Source: a virus
Strand: one strand, 5' to 3'
Length of the DNA stretch: 49,375 bases
Virus record (IMG/VR): IMGVR_UViG_3300005262_000002
Shown here: positions 33,290 through 43,288 of the stretch, in pieces
Layout of the letters: each line of letters starts with the position of its first letter
Position numbering within the stretch: position 1 is the first letter of the stretch
The notes under the pieces: generated by a model
What the model was told of the DNA's origin: nothing
The model's database searches: none
The model's input: the letters and a program-made list of their open reading frames with translations, nothing else
Made by a program: the position numbers and the translations under genes

Positions 33290-33720
33290 CAGCAATAGGC
33301 ACTCTCGTATCTGCCGCTGGTACCGTTGCCGCTGGCGCCGCTGAGAAGCGGAACGCGGACTATGTCGCCAAGCAGGAAGAGATGAAGGCCAACGAAGAGA
33401 TGGCAGCCGCAGGGCGCGAGGCCACTCAGCAGAAGACTGAGGCAGATCTCGCGGCTTCGCGTGCGCAGGCATTGGCCGCATCGTCTGGCGGTGGGGCTGG
33501 CTCTGATGCTCCGACCATCGTCAAACTCATGGGCGACATCGCAGGGCAGGGCGAACTCAATGCCGGCACAACCCTCTATGGCGGGCAGTCACGTGCGGCA
33601 GGACTTAGGGATAGTGCGCGTGGGCGTCGGGCAGCCGGCAAGGCCTCCTTCCTCGGAAGCATTGCAAGCGGATTCGGGCAGGCAGCATCCGGTCTCGCCA
33701 AACTCAATGGATACGGTTGA
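33277..33720 (+). CDS. Internal virion protein (gp14-like), Ala/Gly-rich
   Basis: GTG start after TGGAGG. Hydrophobic N-terminus AALAAIGTLVSAAGTVAAGAA. Confidence 0.5.
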   Translation: MAALAAIGTLVSAAGTVAAGAAEKRNADYVAKQEEMKANEEMAAAGREATQQKTEADLAASRAQALAASSGGGAGSDAPTIVKLMGDIAGQGELNAGTTLYGGQSRAAGLRDSARGRRAAGKASFLGSIASGFGQAASGLAKLNGYG

Positions 33721-36650
33721 TGGCGGTTCTTCCTACAAAATTTAGCATCAGCCAGCAGCCATCGGGCCGCTCTGGTCGCCAGATTGCCGAATACGACACC
33801 AGTGGCCTTGGGCGTGGCCTCCAGAGCCTCGGCAACTCGGTCTCTGCCATCGGCGAGGACATCAAGCGCCAGCAGAACACGGTCGACGTCGCTCGGGCAG
33901 AGGCTGCGAAGTCGCAAGGCTTCATCGATGCCGAGAATGAGTTTTCGAACGATGGCGACTACTCGACGTTTGGGCAACGTGCTCCCAAGCGAACCGGCGA
34001 TATCGTCACCAAGGCGGCTGACCTTATCCGTGATCCTCAGATGCGCGAGCGCTGGAAGCTTGGCGCGCAGACGGACGCGGCTCGGGTCAACGATTCCATC
34101 GGGGATCGCGGTCGTGCTCTCGGCAAGCAGGCGGAGACTGTAGCCTTCGACGATGCCTTGGAAACGAACCGGCGAATCTATGTCGATCCAAACAGCCCCG
34201 ATGCGGCTAAGGCCAAGGCACGAGCCGACATCGAGGGGGCTATCACGACCGGCGAGAAGAGCGGCCTCTTGACGCCTGCCCAAGCTGCGGATCGCCGGGA
34301 CAAGTTCGTCAAGGGCGCAGACTTCAGCCGGGCAAAGCTCGCCGTCGAGACGAACCCGAAACAGTTCGCCCGCCATAGCGTCACAGATTCCGGCGTGCCT
34401 CCGGAGGGCGCGGCACTGCTCGACACGATCGCCGGCACTGAAAGCCCCGACTACAACACCCTGAATGGCGGTGAGAAGTTCTATGACTTTTCCGATCATC
34501 CTCGGCGTGTTGGCCAAGGCGGTACAGCGACGGCGGCAGGCCGATATCAGTTCGTCAAGGGGACATGGGATCGGGCCAAGGCGGCTACCGGCGTGGAGGA
34601 CTTCTCTCCGGCCTCGCAGGATAAGGCTGCATGGTGGCTCGCTCAGGCAGACTACAAGGCCAGCACTGGCCGCGATCTGCTCAGCGATCTACGCTCCAAA
34701 GACCCGAACACGGTCGCTGGTGTGCGCCGTGCTCTTTCGTCGACTTGGGAAGGGCTGAAGAGCCTCGATGACAATCGGTTTAACGCGAAGCTTGAAGCAG
34801 GCCCGGTAACGACACCGGCCTATTTCAAGAACCTCTCGCCGGAAGAGCAGCAGATCGTCTTTAACCAGGCCGAGGCCCGTCAGCGTGAAATCTCGGTCGA
34901 GCAGCGCGGCAACATTGAGACGGTAGTCCAGAACGCTCCTCAGGCCATCCAGAACACCGGCACCTATGATGGGTCTGTTCCCAGCCGTTCTGAGTTCATG
35001 GACGCCTATGGGGCGCAGGATGGCAATGAGCGCTATAACAAGTTCCAGACGGCTCTAGAGGTCAGCCAGCAAGCCTATAACTTCCGCACCATGTCGGCCG
35101 ATGACATTCAGTCGATGGTCAATGACGCGAAGCCAACGACGAGCGGTAATGATGCGGCACTGGAAACGGCTCGCTATGATGCCCTTCAGACCGCAGCAAC
35201 AAGCACGCTGGCAGCTCGGAAGGCCGATCCCGCAACCTATGCGCAGCAGGCGTTTCCGAACGTTGCCCGCGCCTGGTCCGATGCAGCGACAACCGGCAAC
35301 TATCAGGCCGCCATGAATGCCACGGCGGCCGCACAGCAACAGCTAGGCATCAAGGACATGAAGCTCCTGCCGAAGCAGGTTGCGGATCAGTCTGTTGTTG
35401 CTTTCAAGAACCCGGATGCGACGGACGATCAAAGGCTTGGGGCTGTTAGCTCGCTCGTCTTCTCGACCGCAGACCCTGCGCAACGTCAGGCCGTCTTCAA
35501 TCAGTTGGTTGATGCCGGTCTCCCGGCAATGACGGAAGGCGCTGTCGAAGCTGCTGCCCGTGGTGATAGTGGAGCGGCCAAGCGATTGCTTCAGGCGGCA
35601 TTGACCGACACTGGCAAGCTGCCGAAGTCCGGAGATGTGAAGCCATCGGATATCGATGACGCTCTCTACTCGTCCGTATGGGCGCCGGGAGCGATCGGAG
35701 ATGCGTCCTACGGCGTGGCCTATGGAGACGCGGCAAGCCTTGAGCGGGCGCAGCGCGGCGGCGAGCTGATGAAGAAGGCAACGCAGCTTCGCATTTCGCA
35801 GGGACAGGATCTGGAGACCGCGGTCGCCGGAGCGTCCAAGGATCTCTTCGGCGACAGGAAGGTCTACGACGGCAGCTATGGCGTGAATGCCAATCTGCCG
35901 GTGCCGACGGATACCGACGAGGACACGCTCTATAGCGGGCTGAATTCTGCCAAGACATCGTTCAAGGCAGCACTTGAGCTCCAGCGGGAACGCATCATCG
36001 GCAAGTCCAATGGATCGCCTGCACCGACGGGTGAAATCAAAGGGCTTGTTCAGGCTGGAAACATTGACCTGGCCAATCGGCCTGTCGTCAAAAACGATGA
36101 CGGCTCGATCAGCACGGTTCGTTCCATGTCGTTCAACGAGGACGGCAAAGAAGTCTTGGTGCCGACGGTATCGCCGGACGGGAAGATCCTGTCAGACGAC
36201 GAGGCGATCGATCTGTATCACAAGACCGGCCAGAACCTTGGAGTGTTCGAGGATGCTGCGGCAGCCGACGCTTATGCCATCGCTCTGCACGAAGCACAGG
36301 ATAGCTACTACACGTCCCGCGCAACGGGGCAGAAGGCCATCATCGATCAATCCACGCAGAACCGGGTTGATGACATCCTGGAGAACGGCGTGTTCGTCGC
36401 CTCCGGTGATGGCGTCGGCTTGCGCGATCCATATACCGGTCAGTTTGTGCCGGGGCCGGATGGTGTCACGCCGCTGTCTATCCCGCTTCAGACGATCCTC
36501 GATATGGGCGCCCAGGTCTCGCAGAACACAGGCGGCAACCCGACAAGCGGAAGCGTGGGCGGGCAGGGGCCTTTGATTATCGACATCAATCGCGGTGACA
36601 TTAACCAGCGCGGCCGCCGCGACCAGGATGTGAAGACGTTCAAGCCATGA
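33720..36650 (+). CDS. Internal virion / ejection protein with a lytic transglycosylase (lambda-lysozyme, GH104-like) domain
   Basis: GTESPDYNTLNGGEKFYDFSDHP...AAGRYQFVKGTWD. 976 aa. Confidence 0.7.
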   Translation: MAVLPTKFSISQQPSGRSGRQIAEYDTSGLGRGLQSLGNSVSAIGEDIKRQQNTVDVARAEAAKSQGFIDAENEFSNDGDYSTFGQRAPKRTGDIVTKAADLIRDPQMRERWKLGAQTDAARVNDSIGDRGRALGKQAETVAFDDALETNRRIYVDPNSPDAAKAKARADIEGAITTGEKSGLLTPAQAADRRDKFVKGADFSRAKLAVETNPKQFARHSVTDSGVPPEGAALLDTIAGTESPDYNTLNGGEKFYDFSDHPRRVGQGGTATAAGRYQFVKGTWDRAKAATGVEDFSPASQDKAAWWLAQADYKASTGRDLLSDLRSKDPNTVAGVRRALSSTWEGLKSLDDNRFNAKLEAGPVTTPAYFKNLSPEEQQIVFNQAEARQREISVEQRGNIETVVQNAPQAIQNTGTYDGSVPSRSEFMDAYGAQDGNERYNKFQTALEVSQQAYNFRTMSADDIQSMVNDAKPTTSGNDAALETARYDALQTAATSTLAARKADPATYAQQAFPNVARAWSDAATTGNYQAAMNATAAAQQQLGIKDMKLLPKQVADQSVVAFKNPDATDDQRLGAVSSLVFSTADPAQRQAVFNQLVDAGLPAMTEGAVEAAARGDSGAAKRLLQAALTDTGKLPKSGDVKPSDIDDALYSSVWAPGAIGDASYGVAYGDAASLERAQRGGELMKKATQLRISQGQDLETAVAGASKDLFGDRKVYDGSYGVNANLPVPTDTDEDTLYSGLNSAKTSFKAALELQRERIIGKSNGSPAPTGEIKGLVQAGNIDLANRPVVKNDDGSISTVRSMSFNEDGKEVLVPTVSPDGKILSDDEAIDLYHKTGQNLGVFEDAAAADAYAIALHEAQDSYYTSRATGQKAIIDQSTQNRVDDILENGVFVASGDGVGLRDPYTGQFVPGPDGVTPLSIPLQTILDMGAQVSQNTGGNPTSGSVGGQGPLIIDINRGDINQRGRRDQDVKTFKP

Positions 36651-38395
36651 CCTTTAGCTTCATCCCAACTCCAAGGGGGAATACCCTCACGGACAGCGAC
36701 CTTGTGACGTCGGCGCTTGATCAGCCGATGTCGCTTGGATCGACGTTCTGGGATCAGGCCAAGGGCGGCGTTGTCGAAAGCTTCGGCCTTGGTACCGGCA
36801 TTCGGAACTTCTACACGCCGGAAGCCGCGCCACCTGAACCGGAAGGCCCAATCTCGGAAACCCTGCAGTCGATCAACCGCGCGATCGATCCTGCTGTCTT
36901 GCTGAGACGGGCTCTCGGCACGTCTTACGATGGCTCGGCTACGATAACGCAGGACCAGTACAAGCAGTCTCCATCTTTCAGGGCGGACATCCCTTGGACT
37001 CCCGGCATGACCGAGGAACGGGCTGCATCGCTTGCCGAGCAGGATGACATTCGCAAGGTACGTGAATTCTACGGGCAGAAGCGCCCGGTGACGGCGTTCT
37101 TCGGCAATCTCGGCGGTCAGGCTATCGACCCGATCAACTACATCCCGATCTTCGGAGAGGCGGTGCAGGCTGCAAACGTCGCACGCTTTGGCCGTGTGGC
37201 TGGTCGGGCATTGACGGCAGCAGGGGATGCGGCGGCGAACACGGCGCTTGCTGGTCTTGGTACGGCATCGATCCGCGGCGAGCTTGGAGATGATATCTCC
37301 TGGCAGTCCACGGTCTCGCAGATCGCCATGGCCGCGCTCATTGGTGGTGCCTTCGGGGCAATCCATGGCCGCTTTGGTCGGGCAACACCGGCAGAGCTAC
37401 GGGCAGACGCCGAGGCCAAGCTTGCCACGCTCGACAACGTGCAGGCCTCCCGCGTCTCATTGAACGACGCCTTGGACGGGATGATCCGCGATGGTGAGGT
37501 CAGCCTGACACCGGCGAGCGCTGACTTCGTGGTGCGGGCTGCCGATCAGGAACTGCCGAAAGTGGTTATCTCCCGCATGGCGCGGGAAGCTGATCCAGAA
37601 GCCCACGCTAGGCTTGAGACGCTGAACCGGACCTTCGATATCAACGATGCCGAGATCCGCCGCCTGCAAAGCCAGACGATGGATAACGAGGCCTATGGTC
37701 CGACACGCGGCGCGATGATCAAGGCGGATGAGCTTGCTGCTCGCCTGCAAAATGCAGAGGACGCCATCGCCAAGGCTCCGAACGAGAAGGAAAAGGCCCT
37801 CGCCAGTAAGCGCGCCGATGATCTCAGGCAGCAGCTTCGCGACCATCTGGGTACGATCGATGATGCTAAGGTGCAGGAGATCGAAGCGATCGACGAGCAA
37901 CTCGCCCAACGTCGAGCAGTGCAGGAGCCTGTCGCCGCCGAACGTGCTAAACTGAAGCAGCGGGTCGATCAGCTGTTCGCTTCGGCTCGCGATCAATATT
38001 GGCAGACGAGATATTCGCAGCCGCCAACCCAGAAGGCCGTGGAAGCGAACGGGATGCCTGGGGCTGTCACCGAGCCTGTTCAGCAAGTAGGCGCGTCACA
38101 GACCCGCCCTGCGGCTGCAATCGATGCTCGCGTTCCACAGGCTCCAGTCGACTTCGCTGTCTCTGAAGCATCAAAGCGCGTCGGCAAGCCGGAAGGCTCT
38201 CGCGCTCTGGCCGAGCAATACCGCATTAATCCTGAGACCGGCGACTTCCCGGAGATGGCCGACATCGACCAGCTTCGCGCTGAAGGCCGGCTGACGGAAG
38301 GCGACATCGCCGCGCTTGACGATGCCGACGAGACGATCAAGACCGCCAACGCCTATGGCGAAGCCCTGAAATCCTTTGCGAGCTGCGTGATCTGA
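36647..38395 (+). CDS. Internal virion / ejection protein (582 aa)
   Basis: Position and size. Coiled-coil segments. Confidence 0.5.
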   Translation: MTFSFIPTPRGNTLTDSDLVTSALDQPMSLGSTFWDQAKGGVVESFGLGTGIRNFYTPEAAPPEPEGPISETLQSINRAIDPAVLLRRALGTSYDGSATITQDQYKQSPSFRADIPWTPGMTEERAASLAEQDDIRKVREFYGQKRPVTAFFGNLGGQAIDPINYIPIFGEAVQAANVARFGRVAGRALTAAGDAAANTALAGLGTASIRGELGDDISWQSTVSQIAMAALIGGAFGAIHGRFGRATPAELRADAEAKLATLDNVQASRVSLNDALDGMIRDGEVSLTPASADFVVRAADQELPKVVISRMAREADPEAHARLETLNRTFDINDAEIRRLQSQTMDNEAYGPTRGAMIKADELAARLQNAEDAIAKAPNEKEKALASKRADDLRQQLRDHLGTIDDAKVQEIEAIDEQLAQRRAVQEPVAAERAKLKQRVDQLFASARDQYWQTRYSQPPTQKAVEANGMPGAVTEPVQQVGASQTRPAAAIDARVPQAPVDFAVSEASKRVGKPEGSRALAEQYRINPETGDFPEMADIDQLRAEGRLTEGDIAALDDADETIKTANAYGEALKSFASCVI

Positions 38396-40980
38396 TGGCT
38401 GACAACGACTTCGTGCGCTCTTCCTGCTATGCCGCAGCGGCAAATGCTGCCAAGGCGGCAGGTGCGGAACTGAGCGACCGCGACCTTGCTTCGGCCTTCA
38501 GGCAGGCATCCGAGGAGAAGGCTCGCCTCAAGGCATCGGGCACGACCGACAATGTGGCCGAGCGCATGAAGGTGATTGCCGACGCCACGGCAGAACGGAC
38601 CAAGATCGCCGCTGCTCTGCAGAAGAAGCATGCGGCCCTGAACATCCTTGCCCGTGATCGCCTTGAGCAAACGCTTGACGCCTTCAAGAAGGCGGGCCTT
38701 TCTCCAAGGGATTCGATCCTCGCTGTCATGGAAGGATCGCAGCAGGGTATCGCAGGTGCTCGAGACTCGGTGCATGCGCGGCGCCTTGGCTATGAGGCTC
38801 GTTACGTCGGCGGCATGATGGCCGAGATCCAGAAGGATCGCCCGCATCTGGTCAACGTCCTGGCTGACAAGCGCCTCTCTGATGATGTCTTCCGTGAGAT
38901 GGGAGAGCTTCGCGAAGGTGGCAAGCCAGGTGTGACCGGCAATGATGACGCCAAGTATCTGGCCTCTGTCTTCGCCAAGCATGTGGAAGCCAGCCGCACG
39001 GACTTGAATCGCCTTGGCGCCTCGATCGGCAAGCTCGACGGATGGGCAGGGGCTCAGGTCCATGACGACATGAAGATGATGCGGGCAGGTAAGGAGGCAT
39101 GGGTCGACCAGCTTTCTCCCTTGCTCGACCTCAGCCGCACCTTTCCGGATGCTGTCACCGGCAATGAAGTCCGCGATATCCTCGGCGATATCTACGATAC
39201 GATCATCACCGGCGTCCCAAACAAGGCGACGGCAAAGGAGAAGGGCCAGCGGGTCAATCCGGCCAACCTCGCCAAGTCGCTTGGCAAGACACGCGTGCTG
39301 CACTTCAAGGACGCGGAGAGCGCAATCGCTTACCGAGACGCATTCGGCTATGGCAATTCGATCTACGGCATCATGTCCCATCAGCGCAGGGCCGCGAGCC
39401 TCGCAGCGCAGATGGACATGTTCGGGCCGAACCCGGAAGTCATGTTCAACAGCCTCGTCGAGGGCGAACGCCGCAAGCTCAGGGATAATCCGGATCTATC
39501 TCCAGAAGAGAAGGTCAAGGCCATCCAGAAGCTGAATGCGGATGCCGGTCCTTTGCGCGGCGCCTTCGATGTCATGTCCGGAGCGATCTCTCGCCCGGGC
39601 AACGTCAATGCCGCCAAGATCAGCAACGACATCCGAGCCGTTCAGAGCATGGCCAAGCTCGGAGGCGCTGTCCTCACAGCCATGCCGACCGACGTGGTGG
39701 GCGCTGCGCAGGCCGCCATGTTCCGCGGCTCCGGTTTCTGGAAAGGAATGGTCGATCAGGTGAGCGGCATCCTGAAGGGACGGCCGAAGCGCGAGCAGGC
39801 GGAAATCTCCTACCTGTTCGGCGAAGGCTTCGACAGCCTGATTGGCGACGTTCTGTCGCGTGGCCTCGCCAATGACGGCCCCGTCGGCAAGATGTCGAAG
39901 CTCACCGAGAAGTTCTTCAAGTGGAACGGATTGAACTGGTGGACGGATGTCGGCCGCTCTGTCGTCGGCCGCACAGTGGCCGCCGAGATGGGCATGCGCG
40001 CCGATACTGCCTTCAAGGATCTGCCGGCTAACTATTCCCATGTGCTCGGGCTTCATGGCATTGGCGAGAAGCAATGGGAGGCCCTACGGCAGGCGACACG
40101 GCGCGAGGTGAATGGAAACGCCTACATCACGCCGGACGCTATCCGTGAGCTTCCTGACGCGGCTGTAGAGCCATTGGTTATCGATCGGCTGGCAAGTGCC
40201 AAGACACCGGAGCGCAAGGCGGAGATCATCGACCAGGCACGGCGCGACCTTGAGCTCCAGGCGCTCCGCTTCGTGGCCGACGAAACGAACTATGCCATCG
40301 TCGAGACCGATGCAGCATCGCGCCGCATCTCGACACTCGGGACGAGACCGGGAACCTTCGCCGGTGAAGCTGCGCGCTTCGTCATGCAGTTCAAGGGATT
40401 CCCCATCGCTTTCTCTCAGCGCATCCTCGGGCGGGCTCTATTCGGGGGCAGGGGAGCCACCAAGTACGAGCGCATCATGAACAATGCCCCGCACCTTGGA
40501 GCTTTGATCGGCGGGCTCACTGTCGCCGGCTACATGGCCATGACCATGAAGGATCTGGCGAAAGGCTACTGGCCACCACGCGATCCGCTCGACCCGAAGG
40601 TGATCACGGCCGCTCTGACGCAAGGCGGGGCGCTCGGCATCTATGGCGACTTCCTCTTTGGGGAAGCCAACCGCTTCGGATCTGGCGCGCTGGAGACGTT
40701 CTCCGGCCCGTTCATCGGAACGCTCAGCGACATCGTCAATGTGCCGCTGAAGGCGAGAACGGCTTTGGAGAAGGGGGAGCGCCCGAAGATGGCGGGGGAC
40801 ATCCTGAACCTCGCGCTTCAGAATACGCCGTTCATCAACCTGACCTATGCACGGCCGGCGCTGGATGTCCTGTTTCTGAACTCACTGAGGAACTGGGCAA
40901 GCCCCGGCTACACGAACCGGCTGCAACGGCAAAGGCTCAAAGACTATGGCCAGCGCCCGCTAATGCCAGCCACGCTATGA
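38395..40980 (+). CDS. Large internal virion / ejection protein (861 aa)
   Basis: Position and size (gp16-like slot). Confidence 0.5.
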   Translation: MADNDFVRSSCYAAAANAAKAAGAELSDRDLASAFRQASEEKARLKASGTTDNVAERMKVIADATAERTKIAAALQKKHAALNILARDRLEQTLDAFKKAGLSPRDSILAVMEGSQQGIAGARDSVHARRLGYEARYVGGMMAEIQKDRPHLVNVLADKRLSDDVFREMGELREGGKPGVTGNDDAKYLASVFAKHVEASRTDLNRLGASIGKLDGWAGAQVHDDMKMMRAGKEAWVDQLSPLLDLSRTFPDAVTGNEVRDILGDIYDTIITGVPNKATAKEKGQRVNPANLAKSLGKTRVLHFKDAESAIAYRDAFGYGNSIYGIMSHQRRAASLAAQMDMFGPNPEVMFNSLVEGERRKLRDNPDLSPEEKVKAIQKLNADAGPLRGAFDVMSGAISRPGNVNAAKISNDIRAVQSMAKLGGAVLTAMPTDVVGAAQAAMFRGSGFWKGMVDQVSGILKGRPKREQAEISYLFGEGFDSLIGDVLSRGLANDGPVGKMSKLTEKFFKWNGLNWWTDVGRSVVGRTVAAEMGMRADTAFKDLPANYSHVLGLHGIGEKQWEALRQATRREVNGNAYITPDAIRELPDAAVEPLVIDRLASAKTPERKAEIIDQARRDLELQALRFVADETNYAIVETDAASRRISTLGTRPGTFAGEAARFVMQFKGFPIAFSQRILGRALFGGRGATKYERIMNNAPHLGALIGGLTVAGYMAMTMKDLAKGYWPPRDPLDPKVITAALTQGGALGIYGDFLFGEANRFGSGALETFSGPFIGTLSDIVNVPLKARTALEKGERPKMAGDILNLALQNTPFINLTYARPALDVLFLNSLRNWASPGYTNRLQRQRLKDYGQRPLMPATL

Positions 40981-41218
40981 AGGCAGCGCCGACCAGCGCG
41001 GCGCCCCACATGAGTAGCGTATAGGAAACCAGGGTCTTTGCCCCTTTGCGGCCATTGACGATCAAGCCGATGGCGGCAAGCACGCCGATGATCCAGATGA
41101 TGCCGATCGGAAGCTCAAAGCCTCGGGTCCATCGCTGCTCGATGAGAATGCCGCCAACGGCAGCAGAACCGAACATCGCGGCAAGGAATGCAATGAACTG
41201 CTGAGTGCCTTTGGTCAT
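40937..41218 (-). CDS. Three-TM membrane protein encoded antisense inside the late operon (moron)
   Basis: FIAFLAAMFGSAAVGGILI, IGIIWIIGVLAAIGLIV, LLMWGAALVGAAFIAWLALAG. Overlaps the 3' end of the 861-aa gene by 44 nt. Confidence 0.55.
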   Translation of the reverse strand: MTKGTQQFIAFLAAMFGSAAVGGILIEQRWTRGFELPIGIIWIIGVLAAIGLIVNGRKGAKTLVSYTLLMWGAALVGAAFIAWLALAGAGHSL

Positions 41219-41255
41219 TCGCTACTCATACGACAAAACCTGACGAGAAACCAAG

Positions 41256-41280
41256 GGCTCCTTTCGAGGGGCCTTTTCTT
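41256..41280 (+). terminator. Rho-independent terminator candidate before the tailspike gene
   Basis: GGCTCC-TTTCGA-GGGGCC (one G:U pair) followed by TTTTCTT. Confidence 0.45.
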
Positions 41281-41300
41281 ATTCCCACAAAGGAACCCAC

Positions 41301-43220
41301 ATGACCTCGATCCTGATCGACCGCACGGACGGCTTGTCTTCGAGCACTGCGATCAAAGGGCCGTGCAAGGCTACCACGACTGCCAACATTGCTCTGTATG
41401 GCGAGCAGACGCTTGACGGCATCGCTGTGGTCACTGGCGATCGAGTCCTCGTCAAAAACCAGACGGCTGGCTATGAGAACGGCATCTACGTTGTAGATAC
41501 CGGTCAGTGGCGTCGGGCTAAGGATTTCAGCCGCAACAACGATGTGCGCGAAGGGACACAGGTATTTGTTGCCAACGGCACTGCCAACGAGCGGAGCCTG
41601 TGGTGCGTCATAACAAATGACCCGATCATTGTCGGGACCGACACCATCACCTTTCTGCAGATCATTGTCAGCGCCTTTGAGTTGGAGACGCTGCTTGCCG
41701 AAGCCGAGGCAGCGGCAGCGGCAGCTGAAGCGGCACAGGCAGCGGCGGAAGCAGCAGCGGCTGCTCTACCGCCAATCACCGCAAACACGATGCTGGTCGA
41801 CAACGCGGCCGGTACGGCGAGACAGTCGAAGTCTTTCGCTGATATTCGCTCGCTCTTGGCACTCAGTATCTTCGTCGATACGAGAACAGCCCTTAAGGCG
41901 CTCGACACGACGAAGGATGTCAACGCCTACCTGAAAGAGGCCGGCCGTGAGGGCGTGTTTCTTTGGAAGACTGGTGATTACAGCGCCCAGGTTGCGGCAG
42001 ATACTCTTGAGGGGATCTATGTCAAAGCCAATGCCATCGCGGCCACCGCCGGCGCTTGGGTCCGAGTCTTCCAAAGCGAAGTCAACGTCAAATGGTATGG
42101 CGCCGTCGGCGATGGCGTGGCTGATGATACCGCAGCAATAGCCGCGGCGATTGCGACAACGAGAAACGTATACCTCCCGAAGAGCACCTATCTCGTCACG
42201 GCAGGCCTCACAATCGCGACCACCGGCCAATGCATCCGGGGGGACGGCGCCAAGGCGTCGATCATCCTGAACAACACGGCGTCTGTCACCGTCCTCACGT
42301 TTACCAGCAGCTATTCCGGCTTGTCGGATATGAGCATCGAGGCGTCGGCGCAGCTCACCACCGGCCAATTCGTTCTGTTTAACTCATTGACCAGGGACAA
42401 TTTCGTCAAGAACTTCTCCATGCGGTTTCCGCATGTCGGAATTCGTATCGGTACCGCAAACCCGGTCATCACGCACATCGTTCAGGGCGAGATTTCGGTA
42501 GGCGTCGACGCCACCGCTGCGGGCATCCTTGTCGAAGGCGGCAATGACACCTTCATCGATCGTGTCGTCTTGCAGGGCGCGAGCAATGGAAACGGCGTCC
42601 AGATTTCGAGTTCCGGCGCTGTGTGGATGACGGATTGCGACGCCATCGCTTTCAGCGTCGGCCTGAGACTGAACCCGAATGGCGGCAACATCTCCTGGTG
42701 CTTCTTCGAAAACTGCGCCTTCGACACGAACGCCGCCTATGGCCTTTACATCACGGGCAATGGTTCCAACACAATCAAGGGCTTGTCGTTTTCGAATTGC
42801 TGGTTCGCCACCAACACATCCGGCGGCGTTGCGATCGTAGACGGCGCAACGAGCGACATCACTGGCGTCAACTTCACCAACTGCCGTGTGTTTAATAACG
42901 GCGGCCATGGCATCAATCTTCAAGCGGTAAACGGCAAGATCAACAATATCGTCATCACGAGCTCCCTGATCTCTGGAAACTCGCAGACCGCGAGCAATAC
43001 GACCGATGGCATCAACGCTGCAGCCGTGACGAACCTCACCATAACCGGGAACAACTCCCGCCTGATGGCAGGGTTTTCAAACACCCAGCGCTACGGCATC
43101 AACATCAACGGTGCGGCCAACAATTACATCGTCAGCCTGAACAACTGCTCGGGCAATGCTACCGGCACCATCAGCGATACTGGCTCCGGCGGCACAAAAG
43201 TAGTTGCGAGTAACATCTAA
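41301..43220 (+). CDS. Tailspike / tail fibre with a pectate-lyase-type beta-helix (polysaccharide depolymerase-like)
   Basis: VNVKWYGAVGDGVADDTAAIAAAIATTRNVYLPKSTY. Repetitive N-x-G beta-helix rungs. Ala/Glu linker after the N-terminal anchor domain. Confidence 0.8.
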   Translation: MTSILIDRTDGLSSSTAIKGPCKATTTANIALYGEQTLDGIAVVTGDRVLVKNQTAGYENGIYVVDTGQWRRAKDFSRNNDVREGTQVFVANGTANERSLWCVITNDPIIVGTDTITFLQIIVSAFELETLLAEAEAAAAAAEAAQAAAEAAAAALPPITANTMLVDNAAGTARQSKSFADIRSLLALSIFVDTRTALKALDTTKDVNAYLKEAGREGVFLWKTGDYSAQVAADTLEGIYVKANAIAATAGAWVRVFQSEVNVKWYGAVGDGVADDTAAIAAAIATTRNVYLPKSTYLVTAGLTIATTGQCIRGDGAKASIILNNTASVTVLTFTSSYSGLSDMSIEASAQLTTGQFVLFNSLTRDNFVKNFSMRFPHVGIRIGTANPVITHIVQGEISVGVDATAAGILVEGGNDTFIDRVVLQGASNGNGVQISSSGAVWMTDCDAIAFSVGLRLNPNGGNISWCFFENCAFDTNAAYGLYITGNGSNTIKGLSFSNCWFATNTSGGVAIVDGATSDITGVNFTNCRVFNNGGHGINLQAVNGKINNIVITSSLISGNSQTASNTTDGINAAAVTNLTITGNNSRLMAGFSNTQRYGININGAANNYIVSLNNCSGNATGTISDTGSGGTKVVASNI

Positions 43221-43288
43221 AGATGGATGACGGATGAGGCGCATATGCGTATAGGAACGGTTAACGCCCAATCTATGAGAGCAATGCC

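Noticed and set aside
35974-36576. 200-codon same-strand alternative-frame ORF inside the 976-aa virion protein gene
   Set aside because: It reads as Arg/Ser/Cys-rich junk with no motifs and starts mid-gene. It is kept only as the chance baseline for the 16584-17627 observation.
33576-39381. Long minus-strand ORFs 33576-34517, 36488-37366, 37457-38086 and 38353-39381
   Set aside because: They are antisense to the internal virion protein genes, with no RBS or motifs.
41690-41770. GCAGC/GCGGC-rich repetitive DNA in the tailspike gene, considered as a possible regulatory or CRISPR-like repeat
   Set aside because: It is in-frame and encodes an Ala/Glu linker (AEAEAAAAAAEAAQAAAEAAAAA). It has no spacer-repeat periodicity. 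No CRISPR array is present anywhere in the window.
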